A stretch of DNA of 64,000 nucleotides from Mytilus trossulus (taxonomy: Eukaryota), in NCBI RefSeq assembly GCF_036588685.1, contig NC_086386.1:46810001-46874000 (forward strand), written 5' to 3'. Below are positions 1 to 12,039 of the stretch, one piece after another. Numbering within the stretch: the first letter of the stretch is position 1; every line of letters begins with the position of its first letter. The position numbers were made by a program, and so were the translations under genes. The notes beneath the pieces were generated by a model. It ran no database searches and was not told the origin of the DNA. It saw nothing but the letters and a program-made list of their open reading frames with translations.

Positions 1-886
1 TGAGCACAGGGATTCGAATAGAATTAATTCAAATATGTTTGAATACCTACAAATTCACACGAAACATTACTGAATGTTTTTGACACGAGATATTACGGAG
101 GCCAAACTTTTATCATTTAAGGAATTAAATATCATTTTAATATGTATTCTTTTAAATCTCTTTTCTACTACAAACATTTGGAAAGTATCACTGTTCTTTT
201 GCTTTTTCGCGAAATCTTTTCTAATAAGTACTGGTCTATTCCATTCACTATCCACAATAATTGATGCGTTCGGGAACCTCAATTTGTCAGATTTCAATCC
301 GCTGCTGGTTTATGGATCTATATGTAACTCTTGATGAATGTTTTTAAATAATATCAAGTATTAACAATGTACACAACAGTTTGGTTGAAACCCCTACAAC
401 GAAGTTTGTTTTTCATGCACACGTATAAAAATTGCGGTTTTTATCCAACGCAATCATAGGTTTGAACGTAGTTTTCAATTTAGACTCGATTATATTTTTT
501 TCGTTTGGGCTTGTATCATATTTTCCCTCCGGGTTATATGATCCGTTCATCCTATATTGACTCTTAAAATTCAAGAGTCTATCTAAATTGAGGGTAAATT
601 ATATGGCCTTCAAAATACGATTACGACCCCTAACATCACTGAAGAGACATATATTGCTTATAGATAGATAGATATAAGCAATCTATAGATAATCTATATA
701 CAATTTATATATAGATATCATACACTTTTTAAAGTTTATTTTCAGATTATGACTTTGATATATACATGATATAGTGTATCAACAGACTGCAAAAACTTAC
801 ACATTGGACCTTTTAAGTGTACTAAAGATGCAATGACAATTCATTTGTAATTTTAAAATTAACATGATAAAGGCAAAATAGTTTAC

Positions 887-1714
887 CCAAATTGTGCCAT
901 TGTCTGTTCTACCCTCAGAATTGTCTCTAAAGACATATTTGATATCAAAGTCACATCTCGAAGAGAAAGAAACTCAAAGTGCGTCTAAAAAGCAAAACAT
1001 AACATACTTCGATTAATAAGATTATACAAATAAAATTATAAATTGTCAACACAGTAAGGTAATGACGATGCCACAAAACGTTTTCTTTATATTTTTTTTT
1101 ATCCTGAAACGTCATTTTCATTTGGACCGTCAGGTTATAAGTATGAACTTGGTGGATATAAAGTGGTGTTTTTTTTTATATTTCTCACAGCGATGTGCCA
1201 TTCAGCGAATGATTTAAAAATAAAATCACAAAAATACTGATCTCCGAGGAAAATTAAGAACGGAAATTCCCAAACAAATGGCAAAATCAAAAGCGCAGAC
1301 ACATCACACGAATGGATTGCAAATGTCATATTTCTGAATTGGAACAGTACTATTCTTATGTATAAAATTGTGAATTGAACCTGGTTTTATAGCTAAAACA
1401 AACCCTCTCACTTGTAATACATTCGCATATAAATCGTACCTTTATTGTATGGATGTTTCTTTGAGCGGAAATGACTTCTGTTGGTTTTGAACCATGATCG
1501 AAGATAATTTGACCAAATGTTAAATTTGTATATTGTTTCTTCAACGTACTAAATGCCAAAGATGAATATATTTATACATACATTGAATTCTCTATTTTGC
1601 AGGTGGAAATAATACAACTGTACGATGGCATACCATTTTTGTTTCAATGTGTTGATGAACGAACTGCTTGTATGGGCAGCATTAGAAAATAACAAATTCC
1701 TTCTCTCACATTGT
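887..1714 (-). pseudogene. Possible decayed multi-exon gene of unknown product (exons 1634-1714, 1440-1548, 887-984)
   Basis: Three GT-AG-bounded, phase-compatible exons join into an open frame (QCERRNLLFSNAAHTSSSFINTLKQKC-TLKKQYTNLTFGQIIFDHGSKPTEVISAQRNIHTIK-THFEFLSLRDVTLISNMSLETILRVEQTMAQFG). The neighbouring exon-like block 1787-1940 has in-frame stops. No recognisable domain. Confidence 0.3.
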
Positions 1715-2670
1715 CTGTAACCAACAGAAGATGGAGTAGGTTGCTAACTTAAATCTTTTTCCAGGTCTTACATTTCATTAACTTACCGATATAGTTTTGA
1801 ATTTGACATTCCAGCAGCGATCTACATCTTCACCTCTTGGAATTTTCTAATATTGTAGACGTTGCTATTTGTCTCTGAGGAAACGAATCCGTTCATAAAT
1901 AGTGTTTCCAGACTGTCTCAACTTTTTTTGTTACCGGTTTCTGAAATTGTATCATTTAGAACAAACACCACTTCTATTGTCATAGCACAACTTAACTAGA
2001 AATGTATCTTATTTTACTTGAATGTAGCTTTTAACACTTTTTCTTCTGATTTTTCGGTTGCCAGCGACTTCGGAGCAAGTTCTGTCATTCTTCTTCTCTG
2101 ATAAAGTTAAGGGAGGTTATTTGTATTATCTACCTCTAAACATGTGACCACATTTTTACAGAAAAAAAACTTGGTGTTTTACTCTTCAACTTCTTTTTTG
2201 GCCTCTTTAAATTTTTTTATTCGAGCGTCACTGACGAGACTTTTCTAGACAAAACACACGTCTGGTGTAAATACAAAATTTCAATCCTGAGTATTACTAT
2301 TGTCATAACAATAACACATTCAAAGAAGACCAATTTTTATTTTGTCATTATCAATTCTCCCCATCTCAGCAATAATTATTACAATTTCACCTTTATATGG
2401 AATATATACCTTTCCCAACTCATTTGATATTCAAGAGATTGCTGCTGCTACTCGGACTTTATAAAACGTTTAAACAGAAAGTTGATGAATCAAAGTAATA
2501 TCAAAGAAGTTGTTGATTACTATTTTGTATTAACTTCGAAATAATCAACTAGTACACATTTAAGGTAAGGGCCAGGTGAAGCCCGCCTCTGATGCGGGAT
2601 TTCTCGATGTTATGAAGGCTAGTTCGTGGCCTTGTGATGTTTCTGCACTGCGGTCGAGGGTTGTTTATAT

Positions 2671-3794
2671 AATTACAGGGACATGTGTTTGCAGTCTTAA
2701 ATCTTAAGATATCAAAATAATCTGTAAAAAAGAAGCAAAATATACCAGATATCACCAGAGACATTCGAACTCATAAGTGAATAATAAACTGAGACAATAT
2801 CAGTTGTTTCAGAAGGGTAGGCTGATCCTGCAATTAAAGGGACATGTGTTTGCAGTCTTAGATCTTAAGGTCAAGTTACAGTAAATGGGCTATGTCACAG
2901 ATTTTGCTAAAAATTTGCATACAACTCTGGCTCGGTGAACTTCAACTGAAAATCGAAATAATAATGCATTTATCTTATTTATCATTTGAAATATTACTGA
3001 TTGAAATCTTACAAAATGGGTGAACATTTGTATAGAAAGCACATAAAATCGTCGAAAACCCTTCTAAAATTTGTCTTAAAATCGCCAAATCTCTAATTCT
3101 ACTCCATAGATTTTTCTTAAAAAATTATATGTTGTATATACATAAATTTCCGTTATAATGATGCAAAAAAAAGATAGGGTCACCGACTTCGTGTTTATGG
3201 TATTCATCATTCAAAGTTGCGTTCTTTATGACAAAATCCAACAAAACGTCGAAATAATCGTAACGTTATCGCGTTGCAGGCCGTAAAACGTTGATTTTTG
3301 ACGTTTTTCACAAGGAACAAGGTAACAAATTGATTATTAGACAAAAAACGGAGTCCCCATGATTATTTTATATCATTAAAACAGAAATTTATGTGTCAAC
3401 AATATATAGTTTTTTAAGAAAAATCTATGGAGTAGAATTAGAGATTTGGCGATTTTAAGACAAATTTTAGAGGGTTTTTCGCCGATTGTATGTGCTTTCT
3501 ATACAAATATTCACACATATTAAAAGAAATCTTCTGCAATTTTTCAGGTAATAAAAGAGATAATATATTATTTTTTTCTATTCTCAGTTGTAGTTCAACG
3601 AGCCAAGGTTGTATGCAAATTTTTAGCAAAATCTGCGATGTAGCCCATTTACTGTTCCTTGACCTTAAGATATCAAAATAATCTGTAAAAAAAAAGAAGC
3701 AAAATATACCAGATATCACCAGAGACATTCGAACTCATAAGTGAATAATAAACTGAGATAATATCAGTTGTTTCAGAAGGGTAGGCTGATCCTG
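2671..3794. repeat. 161-bp tandem duplication, second copy interrupted by the TTAA MITE
   Basis: 2671-2831 is repeated at 2832-2868 plus 3669-3794. Confidence 0.85.
2869..3664. mobile_element. MITE with long TIRs and TTAA target-site duplication (Kolobok-like GG...CC termini)
   Basis: ttaa|GGTCAAG...CTTGACC|ttaa. About 250 bp of imperfect inverted repeat at each end. An empty-site copy lies at 2704-2707 in the adjacent tandem duplicate. Confidence 0.85.
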
Positions 3795-3894
3795 CAACAG
3801 ATTTGGTACTCGTCGTGTAAGTTTTACCGATCGTGTCCTTATTCTTTATTGCGACTGTGGATTTACAATGTGGGTGATAGAGCATAATTACATT

Positions 3895-4280
3895 TATGAT
3901 AAAAGAGATACTAAAGGGACAGTCAAACTCATAAATCTAAAATAATCTGACAACGCCATGGCTAAAAATGAAAAAGACAAACAGACAAACAATAGTAAAC
4001 ATGACACCACATAGAAAACTAAAGAATAAATAACACGAACCCCACCGAAATTTAGGGGTGATCTCAGGTGCTCCGGAAGGGTAAGCAGATCCTGCTCTAC
4101 ATGTAGCACCCGTCGTGATGCTTATCCGATAAATAGTCTAATTCGGTAGGTCACATTCATGAAAGGAAAGGGAAGGGGATTGTAGTTACGACTTAAGGGA
4201 CATATCCGATATCATTTGTGAAATAGAATCCATAACGGTCAACCGACTCGTGATGGCGTCCGTAAAATTTACGAAGGGAT
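3895..4280 (-). mobile_element. 3' fragment of a Penelope-like retroelement repeat family
   Basis: Minus strand encodes SLRKFYGRHHE-like RT C-terminal residues followed by the family 3' tail. Related copies lie at about 39150-39360, 44800-45180 and 47735-47890. Confidence 0.6.
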
Positions 4281-6276
4281 GATAATTGAAAATCGCTTAA
4301 CTACTATTGCCTAAATTATTCACTGCTTGAATCATTGACTTTGAATTATCTTTTGCTTCGCTTTTTACATGCCGACCTGCGCTCATACAAATGGCACCAT
4401 TCAAGAGGCTCTTACATGACCGTGTACCAGAATGACCTACTACAAAGAAGGTAACATGTGGAAAAATATAAACTCCGTAAACAAGTGTCAGTAATATGAA
4501 AATGGTCAATTCGGACGTTTCTAATTCAATTTCAAACGTTCTCTTTGTCTAAGTTGTTCCCATTTTCCTTTTTGTGCATAAATTGGAAATGCAAAATATA
4601 TTTTAGTTTTGTGTCTTTTGAAATTCATATGGTTATTATTTTATAACTGAGTTATGTACCTGAATGCCTATTGTATCTGTTATATTTAAGACGTTTGATA
4701 TTTGCATCAGAAGATGATGGATAAGGAGGGACTTCTGATACTTACTCGCACATCGATATTAGTGATACAAATCATTTCAGAACTGGACGAAATTTGTTTG
4801 GTCGAATTAATGTTTTTCTTGTGTAACATTTCTAGACAAGCTCCCTTTGCTGGACAACTTAATTAAGGATAACTGTTAACTACAAGACAAAAATGGAAAT
4901 TAAAACATAATAAATGTAATTCTACCTCTTTCTAAAGGCTTTACGATTTCTTAACGAAGTAATACGCAGTCCTTTCCTTCTAGATGTCCAAGATATACTA
5001 TTAAATGGGCTCTTTTGTGAAAGACGTAGGTTTATCTACGCTAGATAAAGCTGTGTGACCATTATAATCGATTATGTAACCCTTTACCATCATGTACTTT
5101 TTTTCCTTGGACATTGTTTCAGATTGATATACTTTGAACCTATGACTTATTAATTATCATAAAATATTTGTCAGTGGACGCTTAGTAAATAAGTGTTCAT
5201 CAATTAGTCAGTAGGAATGCCTTAAGAGCTTGCACCGTAATGATTCAATACTACATTTAAACATGGTCAGACAAGTTTCATGTTTTTTCTATGACTGTTA
5301 ATGACGTTTTCACACTGAATCCATTAGATGTTGCAATTGGATGTTTACAGGTAAAAATATTGTAATCTTAGATGCATGAATTTTTGTATTTGTTTCCATT
5401 GGCTTTGAACTAGTTTTCAGTAACTATGAGTACACTCAGATTTAAACTAAGTATTTTGTTTGATGTGGGGATGTATTAATACCCTGCTACGTCCGGTCTA
5501 TATTTTTGTTAGATATATTTTTGCTTTGTTTCTCGATCTGATGAGTTCGGCCCTTTTCAACTATTTTTTTTAAGTTTGTTAATATGTTGAACCGTTAAAC
5601 CTCCTTGACGTCAAAATAGAATGTAAACGGTCAAAACAAAAAAGTAGAAATAGTATATCTATAGAAAGAAATTCTAATAACTGGTCATTCATACATTTTA
5701 TTCAGTTGGCAATAACAGTAGTGATCATGAAATTCCTAATACAAACAGAATATTTTCGCGAATTTTGACATTTTTTCATGATGTGTTTTTTTGGTGTTCG
5801 GAGTCAAATATACTTCCGTTAAGGGGGCACCGAACACCTAAGGGTGTTTACTCTTTAAAAACAGCTGAGTTTTTTTATCACACACTAATAGTAAATAGCT
5901 ATCAAGCTTTTCAACGAAAACATTTATCGTTTGTCAAACTGCTTTATATTCAAATTATTACTGTAAATTGTGTGGTTCAAATATTTAGAATTTTTCATAT
6001 TTATGTAAACAGGTCAAAGTAAAAATAATTTGAAAACTGTTTGAAAACTAAACGAACCAATATATGTTAGTCAAAGCGTTGGGTACATGTAGCTCCTCAA
6101 CTGATATTAAGTATCTTACAGTTTTAATCTATTCATTCTGTATTGCACTCACACGGTATTGCAATATAAAATTCTACACACTAAGACTAAGTCTTCTGAA
6201 TAGTGCAATATTCCTATACAAGTAAAGATATTTTGTATTTATATAGACAAGGCTTGTTCTTCTGAGATAGAATGCA

Positions 6277-9200
6277 TCAGTTGATGAATGTTGTTTTTCG
6301 AGGTGCTTGTCCAACTATGATGTCGTCTGGTGGAGATTCTATTTTCCTTTTTCTAAAATAAAAACAGTAAAAAAGCATTAGTTATATTATATTGTGTTTT
6401 CTTGCAGGTTTTCGGCCACAGACTTGACCTCGACTTGACATCAGTTTAATGACTGCACTTTTATATTGCTATCTTTTCTGTCCTCTACAGCTTCTTACTT
6501 TTTTACTATTCGATTCGAGCGTCACTAGTGACCTTTGTTTAGGAGGCGCGCGTCTGGTATAAAAAAAGTATTCCTTGTATCTAGTGTGATTTGAGCATAC
6601 CAGTCAACAAAAGAAACGATACAAAATTAATGTTGTCAATATTCTTATATTTTTCAATTTAAATTTCCTGTTAAAGTTTATTAATGTATTCAACGTCAAT
6701 AAGCATCGGTGATTTTCCTTTTTTTTTCAATCCGAAACCAGTACGACGAAAATCCTGATTTTTACTTTTCATTCCAGTAATCGAGTTCTCCCTGAATCAA
6801 TGATGCATTTAAATTGTTTGATGTAAATAATTGAGTTACTGCATCAGGTAAAAAATTTACCATCAAAATCAAATTCATAATTTGATGTCACGGTAACTCA
6901 AAAATAAGTATGAAGAGACTGTTGACATGATCAGAGCTGGGATGACGCACGCTGACGTCCTAAACTATTTTCACGTGGCAAAAATAACAACATCAAGACT
7001 GGTGATTCGTCTAAGGCAAACTGGTTAAACAAATGATACAGTCCTTGGATGGTGTAAACTTTCCACTAACACCATAAACCATTACACCATACACCTTGTA
7101 CCATTACACCATACACGTTACACCTTTGCACCATACACCTTACACATCACATGCACCATTCCCATTCTATCTACACGATCCAAAATAACCCATAATGCAA
7201 TTAAATTTCAAATATTAAGATTATTATTATTGTTTATGTTTACAATTCGAAAAAATAAAATAAAAAAAACTTCGTTTACAACCAATGAAATGTCGTACAC
7301 CATCATTCACACCATTCCCGATCGCAAGTTACACAATCACACCATTCCCCAAACACCATTACACCATTCCCCTTACTCCATACACCATACACCATACACC
7401 TTACACCATTACAACATTTGCCATACACTAGTACACCATACAAAATTTTTTTGGGGAATTTTACACCAACCAAGGGCTGTAGACCACGTAGCGGCAGAGC
7501 CCATGAGATGTAACAACACCAAGACCGCGCGATTCGTCTTTTACACTTGCACAACCTTATATTAAATGCGGAAAACACGGCCCGAGGAACAACAACAGAA
7601 TTTCGGGTCTGACAACTTGTCGAAGGCTCAGAAAGCATGAACTGTATCCAATACGTATCTTTGAAGGTCCACTCTTTAAACAGCGTCATAGGGGTGCAAG
7701 ACTTCAATATGCTCGAGCAAGACTATGTTGGATGTTGCACACCTGACGGCATATCCTGTTAACAAATAAGTCCTGATTTGCCCTCCGTTTAGTGGTGGAC
7801 GAATGAGAGTTTACAATATCCAAGGTGAACGTTTTTCGGATCCTTGTGTCAAGAAAACAGATCGCTTAGGAGGCAGAAGTGTGATGGTAAGGGGTGGAAG
7901 ATGTCACAACGGTTCCATACAGTTAAAAAACATAAATGATAACTTGAACCCTTTTGATATAGGGAAGAACCTATTTGGCCCTATTATCCTGCCTTTTATT
8001 CAACAATGCAGTTTCAACCATGTTTTTCAACAGGAGAACGCTAGGTGTCATGTGACAAGGATTTGTTTGGACTATCTTGAACTTAACCATATTCGAGTTT
8101 TTCCATAGCCAACATTATCACCGTATCTTTCTCCTATCGAAAGTAATTGGATCAACTTCGAAGACGTTTTCGAGGAAGGCAAAATTTACCGGAACCGCTA
8201 CCAGGTTTTCGTTTAGGAGTGGAACAAAATCCCCCAAGCCAAGATTATGAATTTGATTGTAGCTTTGCATCGTATGTGTGAATCTGTGGTAGCTGTGAGA
8301 GGCGGTCATGTTCGATAATAATTCTGCAAACTGAAATTCCGGATAATGACTTTGATCCGTACGTATTCAGTCCTGGTAATGTCAGGGACGCTATTTTTTG
8401 TTACTGTGTCACGAACAATGCTATAACAAACGTATTTTATCTATCTGTTTTTGTGTTCTTCTAAACGTTAATATAATATTAATATTTTTGATTTAAATGT
8501 TGTATCGTGTCTTTTGTTGACTAGTATATGTTAAAGTCTACTAAATCGTTATACGGTGTGTCGTTTTTTGAAAATAAGGTCAATTGATTTTCGTAGATAT
8601 CTTTTGCCATGGATCACAGTAAAATTGTACTTTCGTGGATATTTGATTTCAGGGTTAAGCCAATGTCTGTATAAAAGTACTTAGAACATTTATACTTCGT
8701 GGAACATTTGAATTCGTGGTTAATCGATATCCCATTGTATTTTGAGAATCTCACTGTCTTATTATTTTAAAGTGCTGTGAACTACATATATTTCACAACT
8801 CGTTCGCTATGCCCGTGTCTGTTGTGACGGTTTTGATTTTAACGAACGTAGTCTATGTATTACTGTTAAATTATAAAGCCAGGGGTTTCGTTACCACAAA
8901 TTACTTGAAACCTTTACTAAATTCGTCCATAGATATAAAGACTTGGTTTTAAAGTTTGGTTTGACCTGAAGAAACTTTTTTCAAACAGGATAGCACATAC
9001 TCATTTTTACGGAAATGTTGCTTACCGTGCCCGGAAATTTATAAAAAAAAAACCTTGTAAACTTATCGATCCTTTAAGTAAACTTATTCTAAAAGGTTAC
9101 CAATTCAACACTGTAATAAATCATTGAATATTGTTTTATTGGTATTAATATTCGATTTTATTTATCAATAATTTGAAAGCAAACTGAATATTCTTCTTCT

Positions 9201-12039
9201 ATACATATATACACATTCATTGATCTACACTCTGTCGATAAATGTACTTTGGAATTGCACAAGGTCATGCTTTTCTCTGACTGTTTATGACGTCCTTACA
9301 CTAAATCCATTGGATATTGGATGTATACTGATTGCTAATTTAGTATTAGGGGCATGATTTTTTTTTAATTAGTTGTTAGTGGCTTTGAACTAGCTGTCAT
9401 TAATTGTGATTACTCTCAGATCTGAAGTAAGTGTCTTTTTGTTGTTGTGATATACAAGTACATAGCCACGTCCACTCTGTATAGTATTTCTATTTGTATC
9501 TGATCAGTTAAGCCTTTCTCGAATGATTTTTATAGCTCGTTCTAATGTTGTACTGTAACAACACTGTCCATCGTTAGGAGAGGGTTGGGATCCCGCTAAC
9601 ATGTTTAACCCCGCCACATTCTATAGTTATTTGCCTGTCCCAATTCAGGAGCCTGTAATTCAGTGTTTGTCGTTTGTTAATGTGTTACATATTTTTTTTT
9701 CGTTTGTTTTTTTATACTTAAATTATGTAGCTAGTTTTATCGTTTGAATTGTTTTAAATTTCAAATTTCAGGGCGTTTTAAAGCTGACTATGTGGTATGG
9801 GCTTTGTCCATTGATGTAGGCCGTACGGTGACCTATAGTTGTTAATTTCTGTGTCATTTGGACTCTTGTGAAGAGTTGTCTCATTGGCAATCATGTCACA
9901 TCTTCGTTTTTATATTCAATATTTTTGATAATGTTTTTTCTTTCTTTTATAGAATGAACAATTGGTATGAATTCGATTTATTAATATATATGCAAAAGAG
10001 CAAAAATATGACACATATGAAACGGACTTTTTTAGTTTTAATCGTTTAAAACCTCTATGTCACATGTGATAGAATACACATACCTTGAACACTTCCGTCG
10101 TAAAACAAGAAACAGCAATAACAAAGACAAAAGACTTATGGATGCAGTTACACCAGCAATTATTCCTGTCTTCCCTACAACAAAAGGCATGTAGGAGTTT
10201 CATTCTGCTGTTGTTATTCAAGCATTTTATATTTATTACCAATAGTTACTTCTGCTGGTAATATATTGGTTGATTTCTAATAACACTAGGGTCTTGTATT
10301 GGCTGCTTGCAATATGTACATTAAAAAAAAATATTATTCTCACATCAGTTTTAAGTATTGATAAATATTACAAAGCAATTGTATATATTGAAGCAGCTAA
10401 CAAAACCCACTTAACTTTGAGACTTAAGAAAAGACTCTGAAAGTATTTCTAAATATATATTTAAATAAAATATATCATATATTTTATCTTTTGACGAGTT
10501 CGAATCACACATGTGGAAGGTATGCTTGACTACAATTTTAATTGACAAGGACTATCAATTTTCCGACCGAAGATCAGTGGTTCTCCGGCACTCGGCTTCA
10601 TCAGACAATAAAAATTCATCAAAGTGTCATTAAACACCAATTAATCAATATGTTTTTCCTAAGATAGATTTAATATATTTTTAGTTACCCTTATCTTCGC
10701 TCGAGGTTTTAGCTGAATAATTAGTAACGAGGATTGTGGTACTATGTGGAGTTGTACTTGGTTCCTGCGGACAGTTGTTAACAATGTGATGTGTAGCACT
10801 GGGATCTGTAAAAATAGAATAACAGATAACTAAAACGAAGAAAGTTCATTCTCAGAACTGTAAATCCGACAAGTGTATGACAAATAAATAGGTTAACGTT
10901 CAGTTGAAGATCTGCTGTTTTCGTGTTAACGGCGACCATCTTGAAAATGCAATATCCCAATTGCAAAACTGCACATGCTGGTCAGCATTATGGTATAGTT
11001 CTATTAATATTGATCATAAAATTCCGAGATACAAGCTGGACAAAAAAAAGTTGAAGAAAATAGTAAAAAAACACAGAAACTTATAATAACAGTATGTCAC
11101 CCAAACGCCGTTGAGGGTGTCATAACGAGACGTAACTGTGTTCAGATGCCATTTCCGTAGGTTGGAAATTTATCGTGGTCAAAATATCTTTGTAATTTTT
11201 AAGGCCTAAAGCGTGTATGCAATGTCATTGGAAAAAAATCAAGCAAAATCAATTTGAATTCAATTGACGTTAAAATAATGTATCCCAGTTTTTAAAAACA
11301 TTTAAATAAATATATTGAAACTGTGTGTCGACAATTTCGGAATTAATGCATTAGACTAGTGATGCGTTTAGTGAATAGAAAAGGTTGACAAAAATAAATT
11401 CCCTGTTTCTTTACTATATTTGCAACAAACTTTTGCAAAAAAAGGATACTTTGATGACCAACAACCTATATATAGTTGTCTCTGGGTCTTATCATAGTCA
11501 CTCACCTAAAACTGGTACCATAACTGGAACTAGATTACATATATACTCAAATCCACCAACGGTATACACATTTTCACTTTTGCCTGCAATGTCGAATATT
11601 TCAGATCTATGTGTGAAATCGCCAACGCCTACTCCATACACAGTAACATTATTATTTCTAAGCAGCTCCGCAGAATGTTTAGTACTTATCCGGTCATTTG
11701 AATCTCCATCAGTTAAAGTTACTACCACTTTTTCTGCGTTACTTCTACTTCCGTTTTGAAGATTAAACAATGCCCGGGAATAGTCTAAAGCCTTTGCAGT
11801 ATTTGTACTGGCTCCAATACCTTTATGAATGTGCTTAATAGCATTTAGTAGCGACTGTTTGTTTATATAAGTATCAAAGTCGAACACACCAATAGGCTTT
11901 TTGTCATACAAAACCACAGAAACTTGAATATCTTGGGTTCCTATTCTTAAGAAATTTGTAATGTTGTACACGAAATCTATTGAATGTTGAAATTGTGTAG
12001 GGCTTATACTTGCCGATGTATCAATGAGAAATACAATAT
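6277..12039 (-). CDS. Gene A: single-VWA type I membrane protein with intact MIDAS (5' exon unresolved)
   Basis: Exons 11506-12039 (VWA: DIVFLIDTSASIS, STNTAKAL, LTDGDS), 10689-10805 (DPSATHHIVNNCPQEPSTT stalk), 10084-10174 (TM GIIAGVTASISLLSLLLLFLVL-RRKCSR) and 6277-6352 (tail KRKIESPPDDIIVGQAPRKTTFIN*). GT-AG sites with phases 1,1,1,2, as in the paralogs. The last exon is the least certain. Confidence 0.8.
6600..8524 (+). mobile_element. Decayed Tc1/mariner (Tc1-like) DNA transposon in the last intron of gene A
   Basis: TA|CCAGTCAACAAAAGAAACGATACA ... TGTATCGTGTCTTTTGTTGACTAG|TA TIRs. Transposase relic at about 6885-8320 with MIRAGMTHADV, RQTG*TNDRPRSGR, FQQENARCH, SPYLSPIE and GGHVR motifs, and multiple stops and frameshifts. 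Confidence 0.92.
7039..7479. mobile_element. MITE with TA TSD nested in the Tc1 transposase; internal (ACACCAT)-like repeats
   Basis: TA|CAGTCCTTGGATGGTGTAAACTTTCC ... GGAATTTTACACCAACCAAGGGCTG|TA. Removing it restores the transposase codons TND-RPRSGR. Confidence 0.88.
8770..9910 (+). mobile_element. Penelope-like retroelement 3' relic (RT C-terminus plus 3' tail)
   Basis: Translates to DFNERSLCITVKL*SQGFRYHKLLETFTKFVHRYKDLVLKFG. The downstream tail is similar to about 5260-5600. Confidence 0.6.

Noticed and set aside
7230-7707. His/Thr-rich ORF and its antisense ORF
   Set aside because: Products of the ACACCAT repeats in the nested MITE and the adjacent dead transposase.
11385-11759. 124-aa plus-strand ORF
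   Set aside because: Antisense to gene A's VWA exon, with no independent coding signal.
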